Positions 14,025 through 27,270 of a stretch of 64,000 nucleotides of DNA are shown one piece after another. Under the pieces are notes generated by a model that worked only from the letters and a program-made list of their open reading frames with translations, did not search any database and was not told where the DNA came from. The first letter of the stretch is position 1; each line of letters starts with the position of its first letter. Source of the DNA: Octopus sinensis (taxonomy: Eukaryota). The stretch spans positions 75,640,001 through 75,704,000 of the forward strand of contig NC_043003.1 in NCBI RefSeq assembly GCF_006345805.1. Reading direction: 5' to 3'. Both the position numbers and the translations under genes were made by a program.

Positions 14025-14918
14025 TATATAAAAATATAGCTGCTTATGTACACAAAATTCAATAACTCATTAAAATACCATTTGTTATAAATGGAGCCAT
14101 TGTTGTAAAACAACAAATTACTCACTATTAAAATACACACGGTGAATGCAATAAACAAGCTACCCATGTATGAACTATAGAAGTAAGGAATGCATACATT
14201 CCGGGATCAATTGATTTCGCTTTTTGTATGAAAAATCATATTTAAGTTCGTTACGCTAACTTAACGCTAAAACAACTATTTCTGAAATATTCATCACAAT
14301 ACACCGTGTGTGTACTTTAAAAAAAAGCCCCTGCGACATTCAGAACGAATATATCGCGAACCATTATAATTTGAAGTGAAATAGGTATCGTTACTATTAT
14401 TAATAATAATAATGATAATAATAAAGTGACTAGCAAGTTTAAACCTTTATAGGTAAAACATAAACAAAATTCAATATATATATATATATACGTCAAAAAC
14501 GTGAAATGCATATTTCGAGAGGCATACACAGGGAGAGAAAAAGGGAATCAAACACGAATGGGAGCGACAGAGATATATTCGAGCGAACAAAACACCAATT
14601 TCCACACATTGGTTTTAATTTACTTTGCTTTTGTGTTGGTGATTTTTTGTTCTGCTTTGTTTTCCTGCTCGTATGGATCTCCTAAGCACCGATGTAGTGA
14701 ACAAAAGTTTGTTGGCTTTCTATCTATTGACACGGTGTGATATACCACAATAGCAGATTGTATACACAAGCGAATCTGTCTAGCAGAATGAGTGTATAAC
14801 GCGGAGTGCACGTGAATTTGTCTAATTTAACACACACACACAACACACACACACTCAGATAGCTACACAGAGACATACATACACAGATGTATGTGTGTAT
14901 ATGTATGTATATGTACAA

Positions 14919-14989
<71 letters not shown>

Positions 14990-15355
14990 TTATCAATCTC
15001 TGTGTGTACATGTCAATGTCTACGGGTATAGTTGATGTGTATCTACGATATATATGCATATGTACGTATGTGAGTATGTGTGTATATGTACACCTAAGCA
15101 TATAATTGATTTTGGAAATTGAAATACTATTGATTTTCGTGTGAAAACCTCAAAGAATGACATGTGTTCCTTCGCAAAGTGCATTGTTAAATTGTGCTGG
15201 TGTACAATAGCCGATTTAGTGAATTATACCAAGTGGATAGGTGGATGCTATGGACAGGTATGTGTGTGTATGTATAATATCTCTCTTTCTATCTCTGTAT
15301 ATCTGTCTGTCTGTATCTCTGAATATACATATATATATATATATATTTACATATA

Positions 15356-15442
<87 letters not shown>

Positions 15443-16353
15443 ATATATATAATTATATATATATGCGTGTATATATATATATTATATATATAATATGGAC
15501 TTATGTATCCCTGCATTTATGTGCATTTCTATTATGAATGTGTGTGTATATCGATATTGGCTCACAACGAAATAAAGCATACAAGATTTCCTAACAGAAG
15601 TTCGTGTTAACCTAACACTATTGTTAAGAATATGATGTGGATGCCTGCGATAGCCCGTTGCTGATTCGATGTTATATATATATATATGCATGTATATATA
15701 TATTGCTGCTAGCATTCTTTTGCTGAAGAAAGTGTAATTTATCGATCGATTGAAAGCAACACGTATATATATTATTGTGATGTGCTAATTGTGTGCGTCT
15801 TTCTTCATATAATTGCATCCCCAAATTCAATGGACGATCGACAAACCCTTTTGTATTGCTTCACCACATTTTTTGTCGCAGTTACGTATGTGCATGAGGC
15901 ACACACAGTGTCTCATGCGTGACTACACAAGTCAGTTACACACACATACACATACACACACACACACTCACGCACACACATATATATATACACATACACA
16001 CATGAGCACACACAAACACGCACACAAGCACATATACACATTTAAACATATATATCAATTTATATGTATGTATGTGATTATATAGGTGTATATATATGTT
16101 TGAGTGTATATCTTACTGAACGTACTACGATGGATTCAGTTGTATACTTTTTACTTGAAATTTTTTTTACATTTGCCACTTGTTTAATTCTGGATTCAGG
16201 TCAATATGATAGATCCCTTGCAGCCCCTTTTATGGTGCAACGTAACCGAAGTGCCAGACAGTGAAAGTGATAGGGACAGAGAAAGAGAAAGAAACAAATA
16301 GCTAGGGAAGGAGATGTTAGTAATGAGAGTGGTTAGACGATAGGTATATATAT

Positions 16354-16396
<43 letters not shown>

Positions 16397-16399
16397 TTT

Positions 16400-16580
16400 T
16401 ATTATTTAACTTGCTTCAATCATCTGACTGCAGCCATTCTGCGGCACCGCCTTTAGTCTAGGAACTCGAAGCCTGGACTTATTCTGTCGGACACAATTTG
16501 CCGGACCGCTAGTTAATGGGAACAGAAACACACCAAGAACAGTTGTCAAGCGCTGGTGGGGGGACAAACACAGGCACACA
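16400..16580 (-). mobile_element. SINE family A 3' half
   Basis: tgactgcagccattctgcggcaccgcctttagtc..ggacttattct..gttgtcaagcgctggtgggggac matches other copies. Confidence 0.7.
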
Positions 16581-16653
16581 AATACATGCCATACATACAT
16601 ATATATACATCTACATATATATAATACACATATATATACATAAATATATATAT

Positions 16654-16718
<65 letters not shown>

Positions 16719-16919
16719 ATATATATTTATGATATATATGTGTATATATATATATGAGATGTATATATATGTATATGCATATAGTACCACTTGACACATA
16801 TACAAATATATTTATATATAGAGAGATATAGAGAGATAGATATAATATAAATATATGTAAATATACATATATATATATGTACATACCGTACATACATAGA
16901 TATATATGTATATAAACAT

Positions 16920-17100
16920 GCATATATGGGTAAAGGACATCGTTAACACAATGAGAAAAGAAAACATAAAAACAAAAACATAAAAAACGAACATGCACTA
17001 TAAAGAATATTCCCCTTCGTCAGTTGTCCCTGTTTCATCTACTCCGCATTCGAAGGCAAGGACAATACGTTACCTGCTCCTCTTCGCCGTTCCCTCTCTC
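16920..17100 (-). mobile_element. TA-embedded repeat, same family as 32730-33080 and 33710-34375
   Basis: Shared cgaa..cggagtaga..aactgaYgaa motif and gatgtcct..ccatata terminus. Confidence 0.65.
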
Positions 17101-17420
17101 TTATCAACTACATGGTTCCGGATTCACTCCCACTGCGAGGCAACTTGGGAAGATGTCTTCTACTATAGCCTCTGGCCGACTAAAACCTTGTCAGTGGATT
17201 TGGTAGACGAAAGCTGAAAGAAGCTCGTCATATATATGGTTGTACGTCTGTGTTTGATACCCTCCTACTATCACTTGACAACCGACGTTGGTGTGTAAAC
17301 CTTCCCGTAAACTAGCGGTTCGGCGAAAGACACCGATAAAATTAGTACCAGGCTTACAAAGAATAAGTTCTGGTGTCGATTTGTCCGACTAAATGCAGTG
17401 CTCCAGCATGGCCGCAGTCT
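17101..17420 (+). mobile_element. SINE family A, 5'-clipped
   Basis: catggttccggattcactcccactgcg..gtcttctactatagcc..gtggatttggtagacg..ccagcatggccgcagtc. Confidence 0.85.
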
Positions 17421-17429
17421 ATATATATG

Positions 17430-18797
17430 AGGAATTCCAAACACGTTTCATGGTTTGCCACCTTAACAGCTCCTTTGTAGGATCCAGTGGATAAAGGCAT
17501 CATCAGGAGAATCCACGTTCGGTTTCGGCCCCTACTCCACTACCGTTTTCGCCATGCCCCACCCCATAATTTCGGAGGTGTCTTTAGCTCTGATATTAAG
17601 TGCGTTACTTCTTTCTTCTTTTGCTTTGGTTTCTTCCCTGCAGCATCAACGAATGTCAGTCGGCGAATGACCATCGTGCCAAATTTCCCTTTAAATACTC
17701 GCCGGTGGTCTCCATTAACCAGCACCAGCAAACTGTCACGTGACACTATCTAAGCTTGAACTGACAAGTGGGGGGGGGGAAGGGCGCGTAGTTTTCAACC
17801 GCGTCCTCTCAAAACCTGCCTTCCAACAGCGTCGTGTTATTTTCTGTTCTAGCAGCCAGAGCCGACTTGCTGTTTGGCTATACAAGCCTTCGAACGAGGT
17901 GGAGCGCAAGCTATGAATGAGATCACTAACTTGGCCTGTCAATCAACGATTTTGCTTAAGTGTCAGCCAGCCTCACCTAGCGACGCTATTTCCCAGTCAG
18001 CATGCTATGACTTTAAAACCATTTTGGGTCTTCTCGCTTCAGCCATATATAGAAGCTGTCTTTTTCGACTGCCTTCCGTGTCTTCCTTATTACTTTTCTT
18101 AGCTCTGAGCTCGAAAATGCAAACCTTCTTTTAAGTAACGTCACCATCTTCATTTCAATGAAGCTTCTAGCCCTCACTGCCAGGTGGTAGTATTCGACAG
18201 TCCATCCTTGTTTTCCGCACTCTTCTATTAATCTCTCATACCTCTCCTCCTTCCGGTGCTCTGCATTAGCGATGTTCTTTTCCCATAGCACTATCAGTTC
18301 TAATAAAATTCCTATTTCCGCTCTGTGTTCCATGGGATTAAATCCAGTCTTTTTGTTCTTTTTTTTCCCCAAATCCGCTGCCAGCTCCCAGTATCCCTTC
18401 CATCTTTCGTCTGTATACTTTATTTGAATGCCTGGTCTTATATCCTTTTCCTTCCTTTTGGAAGTATAACCTTCTGCACTTATCCAGTTTTGGGCACTCT
18501 CCCCTATTATATCCCTTGATCTTCTCCTTGAGTGCTGCGCTTATGGCACCAAGGACTTGATTGTGACACCATGCATATTTGTTTTGTGCTAGCCTGCAGT
18601 TTGACAGAAATATCTCCACGTCGCTTTATCTCCGTATCTACTTTCATCAGTTGTTTCTATGATCCACCCTAGTAAATTGAAGGTAAATCGTCGAAGGTAG
18701 ACTTGATCAGGAATGCACTGCATCTTTCTTTCATCCTTTCTACTCTACTCGAGGCTATTTCGTACATTTGCAATGGCCACATTATCATTGGGGGCAG
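17430..18797 (-). mobile_element. HERO-like (R2 superfamily, RLE-type) non-LTR retrotransposon 3' fragment with ~580 bp 3' UTR
   Basis: Peptides MWPLQMYEIASSRVERM, FLIKSTFDDLP, LSNCRLAQNKYAWCHNQVL (CCHC region), LLELIVLWEKNIANAEHRKEERYERLIEECGKQGW (RLE); ends at (TA)n. Confidence 0.8.
17493..17545 (-). ncRNA. Candidate reverse-permuted hammerhead-like motif in HERO 3' UTR
   Basis: cggUA-gugga-gu-aggggcc-GAAA-ccg-aacgugga-uucuc-CUGAUGA-ugccuuu; stems I, II and III can all pair; activity untested. Confidence 0.45.
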
Positions 18798-19071
18798 TCC
18801 AAATGTATGTATTCATGGGTGTATGTATGCACGTATGTATATATGTATATATGTATATGATAAACAAACATTGGAAGCAAGAAATTTCTTGGGTAGTTCA
18901 AGAGATTTCGAACGCTGTATAGTTATGAAAACAACAGAAAGATTGCCTAAGTACTTTATCCTCATAAGTCGGAATAGATTTGCCAGCAAACATAAAAGGG
19001 AAATGAAGTCCGTATCCTTCAGATATCCGACAATATTTTCCCGTTTTCTAAAGGTTAAATTTCGAATTTTT

Positions 19072-19119
<48 letters not shown>

Positions 19120-19123
<4 letters not shown>

Positions 19124-19498
19124 CAAATAAGAAAATGGAGGAACAAATTCATTTCGATCATCAACTTACGGATATTCCAATTTCATATTATTTATTAATT
19201 ATACAAATAGGTACATGAATATCAAACAAAACAATATACATCAATATGCAATAAATAGTATGAAATTGGAATATCCGTAAGTTGATGATCGAAATGAATT
19301 TGTTCCTCCGTTTTCTTATTTGTATTATGAATATACGGTAAAATATTTTTACCTTCAGCCATCCAATAAGTGAATTAATTGCATTGCAATTATGAGCATT
19401 TATGTATTTAGTATTTGGGTACTTCACCAGCAGTATATTGGATAACTGATATTCCATAGTGGGTTGCCCTCATAATCCCTATCTTACTTTGTACTATA
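19120..19498. mobile_element. Palindrome plus unique tail element within (TA)n
   Basis: Arms 19120-19196 and 19250-19327 nearly perfectly complementary; tail runs to 19495. Confidence 0.75.
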
Positions 19499-19885
19499 TA
19501 TATACATATGTATATATATTTATATTATATTATATATATATATATATATATCTATATACATACATATTTATTTATACATATATGAATATATATATATATA
19601 TATATATGTTCTGATCTTTCGAATACCTTAGCATCATTACTGTGCTAACCTTTCCTTTGTAGGTATGGACTTGCACGCATACGCGAATACTGTGAACATT
19701 TTTACTCACTTACATTTACTCCCTCCTCTCACTTAGCGGTCATTTTCATAACATATTTTCGATGGCCGGATAACTGAAAAGATGGCGGTGTGGGTTTCCG
19801 CTCCGACATCTGAAACTCGGAGTTTTTGTCATGGCTAGCGAATGATTGTCACATATTATATTTACAGATATATATATAAATATAT

Positions 19886-20008
19886 AGTACAAAGTAAGAT
19901 AGGGGTTATGAGGGTAACCCACTATGGAATATCAGTTATCCAATATACTGCTGGTAATATCTGTAAGTTGAAGATTGAAATGAACTTGTTCCTCCATTTT
20001 CTTATTTG

Positions 20009-20010
<2 letters not shown>
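19886..20010. mobile_element. Rearranged copy of modules from 19120-19498
   Basis: 19886-19955 is the inverse of 19426-19495; 19956-20010 is a direct copy of ~19271-19325. Confidence 0.8.
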
Positions 20011-20088
<78 letters not shown>

Positions 20089-20189
20089 TTTGAAACGTGT
20101 ATTTTTAAACACATATACTCTTTTACATCTTGCTCATTGACCACTAGGAAGTGAGTACTACGTTGTAGGTTATAGCACGCTTCTGGTAC

Positions 20190-20452
20190 TTGCTTTAGTG
20201 GCCCATATAGCTGCCAAGAGTAACAAACTTTCTTCCTTGGACCCAACGAAACGTATCACAGAGCAGATTAAGATAGCTGGTGCGAAAGATGTTTGCACTA
20301 ACATTCAGTTGGTAGCCATTTTCAATTCCGTGGACAAAAGGAACGTGAAGGGGTACGAGTTGGTAAAAGACACAAATTACCACTCTGCCCAGGAATGGAA
20401 CTCAACACTTTATAATCGTGTCTTCAATACCCTAACCACTACTCAATGCATT
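20190..20452 (-). mobile_element. Old tRNA-headed SINE-like remnant
   Basis: Minus-strand head with A-box-like gagtagtggttag and B-box-like gagttccattcct. Confidence 0.4.
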
Positions 20453-20728
20453 TTATGAATAGGTTAGAGTGTTGTGTTAGTAAAGAAATGTTCATTCTTC
20501 CTAGAGAATAAATATTCACTGTTAGTCACTTGGAAACGGAGTCGGTTCTATAACTCACTATTCTTAAGAATCGTACACTTTATAAAAGCATATACAAATG
20601 CAAACAAGAAGACATGAATACCTACATGCGTACATACATGTGTAAATAAAATTCAAAGTTTCTGAATATTTGCATTTATGCAGAAATACATGTACCTCTC
20701 TCTCTCTCTCTCTTTCTATATATATATG

Positions 20729-20797
<69 letters not shown>

Positions 20798-21386
20798 TTA
20801 TGTATATATATATATATATATGCTTACTAATGTACGAATATTGAAAATTGCATACCAATGTACTTAGGTATAGGTGTATATAGAGACCAACAGCTAACAC
20901 TACAAATAAATAAATGAATAAATACCATACAATTCTTATTCTTTGTGCGTCTAATGTACACATGTTGTCGATAACTGCTGTAACAATATTCAATAACACA
21001 CACACATATACACATACGCACACACACATATACGCACAAGCACATATACATACCCACACGCACGCACAAACATGAATTCAATGGTATTGATAATCGTAGC
21101 AATATTATTATACAAACGGCGCCACGACGTCTGATTAACCTTTTCACAACACCTGATGCTATTTAGCTGCTTCCTACGTCCACATAAAATATATAGTTTG
21201 ATTTGCAAACAGCCTTAGACTATCGTCATTGATTCGCCATAAAATTGTATAGCTAAAATATTCTAAGCATACACACGCACATGCATGCAAATACATACGT
21301 ATACAGATATATACATACATACATACCTACATACACACACATACACACACATATATATATACATATATATATATATATATGTATAT

Positions 21387-21435
<49 letters not shown>

Positions 21436-21656
21436 GTGTGTGTGTATGTATGTATGTATACACAAACACACAACACATGTACGTATATGTGTGTATTTAA
21501 GTTTGAATGAATATAGTATGCATGTATATACAAATACATAAAGTGGCAGGGAAAACTACGACAAAGAGCGATAGAGAGAGATCGAGAAAGATACGATTAC
21601 ATGTGCATGTGTGTGTGTGTATGTGTTCATACAAATATCTGTATATATATATATAT

Positions 21657-24600
21657 AAATCCTTAAATCCTTAAAAATGTTTTAGCCCGAAGGCCGCGGC
21701 CATGCTGGGGCACCACCGCTGAATGAGCTACACTAGTTTGTGAATCCACCTCTGATACGTGGCACTTGATCAACAAGGGAGTTCGATGCTGCTGCCCGCA
21801 TCCGTGTCTCCTGTCGTGAGGTAGGTTCATCTGGGACTCCCAACAAGAAGAGATCCAGTTTAGTTTTAAAGAAACCCACATCCACACCATGTAAGTCTCT
21901 CAGGCATTTAGGGAGGATGTTAAAGAGCTGTGGTCCTCTGAAACCCAAGCTGTTGCAGTATCTGGACCTGTATTTTGATGGTGATGTTGGAATCCTTGGC
22001 ACCACGCAGCGGCGCCCCGTTCTGCGGTTGGAGTAACTTTGAATGCCAAAGTTTGGGACAAGACCCTCCAGGATTTTCCAGATGTATATCACTGCATATC
22101 TCTCCCGCCTCCGCTCCAGGGAGAAGAGGTTTAATACCTTCAGTCTTTCCCAGTAGCTGACATTTTGCATTGAGACGATTTTCTTTGTGTAGCTTCTCTG
22201 AGTTGCTTCGAGTTCTGCTGTTTGTTTTATATTGTGTGGTGACCAAAGTTGGGAGCAGTAGTCCAAGCGGCTGAGGACAAATGTTTTCCATAGGACCATC
22301 AGTGTCTCCTTCTCTCTTGTTCTGAAAGTTCGGAGAATCCATCCAGCTAGCCGTCTGCATTTTATCACCAGATTAGCAATATGCATTTGGAAAGATGCAT
22401 CATTGCTCATGTCAATGCCCAGGTCACGCACTGATTTTGACTCAGGGATTGCAATTCTTCCTGGGCCAGTGTATCCAGTCTTCACGTCATTTACCTTTGT
22501 GTGCCAGTAGCGCAGGGCCTGGAACTTACCTGCATTAAACTGCATGTTGTTGTCCTCAGCCCACCTGTATATTGTGTCCAGCTCATGTTGCAGATGCGCA
22601 ATATTTTCAGGGTTTTGTATTGCGTGGGAGACTTTTGTGTCATCTGCATAGCTAGCAAGGGTGGTCATCGTAGCAATTGAAGGCATGTCTGAAAGGGCCA
22701 CTATGAACATCAGTGGCCCCAAGACAGTGCCCTGTGGGACACCGCTTGTTATTTGCGTTTCCCTGGAGGTGGCTCCATTGCTCACAACTGCCTGTTTTCT
22801 GTCTTTTAGGAAGTTGTGCAGCCACTCTCCAAGTTTCCCGCCTATGCCGAGACCACGCAGTTTGTGACAGATCATACCATGGTCGACTTTATCAAAGGCT
22901 TTTGCAAAGTCAAGATATATTACATCCACATTTGAGCCATTTAGTAGCTGTTTCAACACCCAGTCATAGTGTTGCAGGAGCTGTGTTAGGCAGCCTCTAC
23001 CTGGTCGAAATCCATGCTGGGTGTCAGACAGTAAGTCATTTTCTTCAAGGAACATGATTAGTTTCTTACGGACTATTCGTTCCATGACTTTGCTGATGTG
23101 TGAGGTCAGAGAGATAGGCCTATAATTTTAGCATCTGCTCTGCTACCTCCCTTATGGATAGGGCATATTACCCCCTCTTTCAGTTTGACTGGGAGCTTAC
23201 CACTTGCAAGAAAGCTCTGAAAAAGAAGCTGTAGCGGTTTTGCAAGGGCTCGTTTGCACGATTTGAGAAGGATCGCTGGGAATCCATCAGGTCCAGCAGC
23301 TGAGTTTGTGTCAATCTCATCAATGGCTAGTGTGATATCATCTTCTTCGATGTTGATGTACTCAATTTTTGTCTCTTTGGCCGCTGGTAAAGTGGCAAAG
23401 AATTCTTCTGGGTTGTTTACTTGCCTGTGTCCTAGAGGTGTAGTGAACACACTTTGGAACTGTTCGTTCAGTATTTCACTTATCCTCGTGGGATTTCCTG
23501 TGAGAGAGCCATCTTTTTGGAAGAGAGGTCCTATTCTCTGGTGCACTGTGGCTGTCTCTTTGGCAAACTTAAAGAAGCTTTAGGGTTTGATTTTATATTT
23601 TCTATTACCCAAGCTTCTTTATCTGCTCTCTCCTTTTCATGGGACTGATGTAGACTTTTCTCAGTTTCCATTAGCATTCTTTCGAGCCGAGACTTCTCAC
23701 CACTTTTGGTGTGCTTCTCAGGCGGTTTGCAATCCTTGTCCGTCGTCTCATAAGAATCCTCCTTTCTCTAGGGATCCTGTTTTTGTTCTTGTGTGTGCTG
23801 GCCCTGCACATTGGGACATATTTGTCACATATGGCTTGTATTATGGACATGAAGTGTTTGTGTTTCATGTTATGTCCGGTGTGGAGAGACATTCAGGCCA
23901 ATCCTGTTTGAGGATCTCTTTCTCAATCGACTTCCAGTTGGCTTTATGAAAGTTTAAGTTGGAGAGATGGTAGGTGCTTCGTATAGGCTGTGTGTCTGCG
24001 GGGGCTTTTGTTCCATACATAGACAGCTCTATTATGTTGTGATCCGAGATCATTGTCGGCATCACATTAACATTATGGATAATATCCATATTGTTTGTGA
24101 AGCAGAGATCCAGTATATTATCTGCCCTTGTTGGTTGCAGAACTATTTGCTCCATGAAAGAGGTATTTGTGAGATGGAGCAGGGACTCCACCTGTGCCTG
24201 CTGATGGTGTGTCATCCCTGGGAGCATCTGCCCCCCAGGCCATTCCACATTGGGGAGGTTAAAGTCACCCATGAAGAATACACTGTTGTGCTGTTCAAGG
24301 TTGGTGAGGACTTCTCCTACTTTTGTTAGGCAGTCTTCAAACATGCCTGAGTGTTTTGGGGCGTCTGGTGGGCGATATGTAGTGCATATGACGATATTCA
24401 GTTGTCTTATGTGTACAATTTGAGTTTCACATACTGAGTTTGAATATGACAGCAGGACCTGGGGCGTGAGGTCATCTCGGATGTACATTGCAACTCCACC
24501 ATGGCTGCTCCCTTTTCTATCTGTGCGTATGACTGCATATTGCGGCATGTGTATTTCTGCATCACCTATATCGGGTTCAAGATGCGTTTCTGTGAGTGCC

Positions 24601-24740
24601 ATGCATATAGCTTGATTGCATGTCACAAGGTCTTTCAGGAATGAAATTTTCTTTTTACAGTTTCCGCGCAGCAGCCCTCCTACATTCAGTAGAAATATTT
24701 TTGTGGTGTGTGTGTTGGTGTTGGTGTCCGTGGTGGCCAT
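21657..24740 (-). mobile_element. Young CR1-type (CR1/L2 group) LINE, ORF2 only, between (TA)n tracts
   Basis: APE plus RT domains; 3' stem-loop tail and (AAGGATTT)2 terminal repeat. Confidence 0.92.
21733..24740 (-). CDS. LINE ORF2 endonuclease/reverse transcriptase, broken by four apparent 1-bp frameshifts (~1003 aa if repaired)
   Basis: APE motifs LLNVGGL, LTETHL, RTDRKGSSHGGVAMY, MGDFNLP, ILDLCF, SDHNII; RT motifs AAGPDG, NYRPISL, QHGFRPGR, YLDFAKAFDKVDH, GVPQGTVLGP, YADDTK, RLDYCSQLW. Confidence 0.9.
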
Positions 24741-24814
24741 ATATATGTATAATATATATGTATACCCACATACGCATGTATACTTTTGTATATATGTATG
24801 CATATATTTGTATA

Positions 24815-24905
<91 letters not shown>

Positions 24906-25254
24906 TTGGTCTATAAATGCATATATATACGCAAAAGCGCGTATGTCAATTTATGCAGGTGTGTATGTGTACCTGTGTGTGTGATGTGTGTGTACATTCC
25001 CCTGATTGCACGCGAGCGTTTATATTTGTATGTATGTGTGTTTGTGCATTACGTTGTTGCGTTCTGTTACAGGTAGCGTGTTTTAATTCCTAGAGACCCT
25101 TTATTTCGCTTTTACGTCAGGAAAGGAAATGACATACCTCACCAAGATTCTATTTCTGTCCTTTTTCTGTTTCCCTGTCCATCAGCTTTGACGGAATTTT
25201 GACGGAAAATACGACATATTTTCATACCATTACCCTGGAACAGATGGAAAATAA

Positions 25255-25652
25255 TCTTTTCTACTCTAAGTACAAGATCCGAAACTTTTGAGGAGGGGCC
25301 AGTCGATGAGTTCGACCCCAGTGCGCAGCTCGCACTTAATCTATCGACCCCGAAAGGGTGAAAGGCAAAGTCGACCACGGCAGAATTTGAACACAGAACT
25401 TAAATACAAATGAAATACCTATTTCTTTACTACCCACAAGGGGCTGAACACAGAGAGGACAAACAAGAACAGATAAACGTATTAAGACGATTTATCGACC
25501 CTATTGCATAACTGCTACTTATTTAATCGACGACGAAAATATGAAAGGCAAAGTCGACCTCGGCGGAATTTGAACTCAGAACGTAACGGCAGACGAAATA
25601 CCACTAAGCATCTCGCCTAGCATGCTAACGTTTATGTTAGCTCACCGCCTTA
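25255..25652 (-). mobile_element. Two head-to-tail SINE family B copies (MetaSINE-like core)
   Basis: aaggcggtgagct.. head, gagttcaaattcc B box, gtcgactttgcctttcatcctttcggggtcgat-type core. Confidence 0.85.
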
Positions 25653-25839
25653 TAGATGCAAAATAATAAGTGTGTACCTATAAAGTTAAATTTAGTGTTA
25701 TGCCTAGCATTAAAGTTTGCTCTATTGCGATAGATACACATTACAATAATTGTTAAAATGCTTGAAGTAATACTGTCCTCAGCTTCTTACCTAATGAAGC
25801 TCAAATTTATCATACTCAAAACACTTGTAATATACAGTG

Positions 25840-26380
25840 TGCAAGGGGGTACCCGAGAGAAACCATGATTTTGCAATATTGGTTTATTCACTTAGTTTTA
25901 CATGTTTATACATTTATTCTCCATTTGAAGCCTCAGTCGTGACTATTTTTGATCTTCCGTGACTAAGCAAAGCATACATTTTGCTGTAACTCTTTTCATT
26001 CGCAATTCTTCGCACAAAATTTGTTACCAGGAAGACCAGGACACAGCATTCATAGTTTTAAATTCATCAATTTATTTTCGTTCGGGAGTTCAACTGTCGT
26101 CTTGAACGAGCTTGGTTTTTAATCGACAAGGGACCATTCCTAGAGGGTGGAAACCACTCATAAACATTTGTTTTAGTCATGGCATCGTCCCTCTAAGCTC
26201 TCGGAGGCACGACAACCGTTTCGGCTGCCGTTTTCCCCAGCACGCTGTTCCTTCCTTTTAGCCATCGTAAAAATCGAAGACCAGGGGAGAAGCACTGCAA
26301 TACAAAGATGCACCAGGCTATAATGGGCTTGTCCCACAGGGAGCGTTTCGAGTTACTTTTGGGTGTCCCATCTTATTATA
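25840..26380 (-). mobile_element. Internally deleted mariner element
   Basis: Degenerate TIRs (ggggtacccgagagaaacc / gagttacttttgggtgtccc); LGKTAAETVV..AMTKTNVYEWF N-terminal peptide; homologous to 53240-54115. Confidence 0.7.
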
Positions 26381-27044
26381 CTTTAACTCTAGGTATGCGT
26401 TTATTTTTAATATACCTGACAGAATGACCACCGTTCCCTGCATAGTTACGGGCTGCACTTTGGTAAGGTACACCAACCGTTCAACCACCCCGCTTGAGAT
26501 ACATGGGACAGCAGCATAGCTTATTGCGAAGCGCTAGTGGAAGAGTTCAACTGAGTCAACGATGCTTCATACATTGAAGAAGAGCGGAGGGGTCCTAAAA
26601 TACTTAGAAGATCAACAACGAGGATCACTAAGCTCTATGAAGAGTGTAACTGCAACGCATCCATAGATATGGCATCAATGGTTATGTAATCAGCTAATGA
26701 ATGATTTGCTATGATTCAAACTCCCAATTCTAATTCCTAATACTGGAATTGGATGGTGTCAGAAGGACATGAGGATCCGCGAAAGCAGAGAAAAAAACGA
26801 AAACTAAATTCATCTGTAACATACAAAGCACACATCAAATCTAACATATCTCAATCAACTCTGTTATATTCAGTTCAACTCTACAAAGCTAACCTCATTT
26901 GCACCATATTCAAATCAAATGTTTCGTATTCACCTCAGCTGCTACTTATTCAATCAAAAATTCCTTACTTAGATCATCCACAATCTAGACGTTCCAAGCG
27001 ATCACGAACACTAAATAGTAGCATGTTCCCTAGAAAACCTTAAA

Positions 27045-27270
27045 AAAAAAAGAAAACATTCAGCTGCTCCGACCCAGTCGAAGAATATATAGTGATTAGA
27101 CTAAAGTCTCCCCATTCAATACGGTTAACATCCAGGACAACCATTATGCCGTTCGTGTCCGGAAAGATCGACCGGATCTCGAAGACAAAACGTGTCTGAA
27201 ATAGTAGCACTGCTGCGTCCACATTACAGGTCGAGTATTGATGCTCAAATCTCAAAACCACCAGAGACGT
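27045..27270 (-). mobile_element. Tx1/L1-type APE endonuclease fragment
   Basis: AAVLLFQ..EIRSIFPDTNGIMVVLDVN..FSLITIYSSTG..FF resembles the L1/Tx1 EN segment (VYAP region). Confidence 0.55.

Noticed and set aside
19779-19788. YY1-like AAGATGGCGG promoter motif
   Set aside because: Single short motif with no associated exon evidence
21920-24329. Overlapping alternative-frame and antisense ORFs
   Set aside because: Shadows of the GC-richer LINE ORF2
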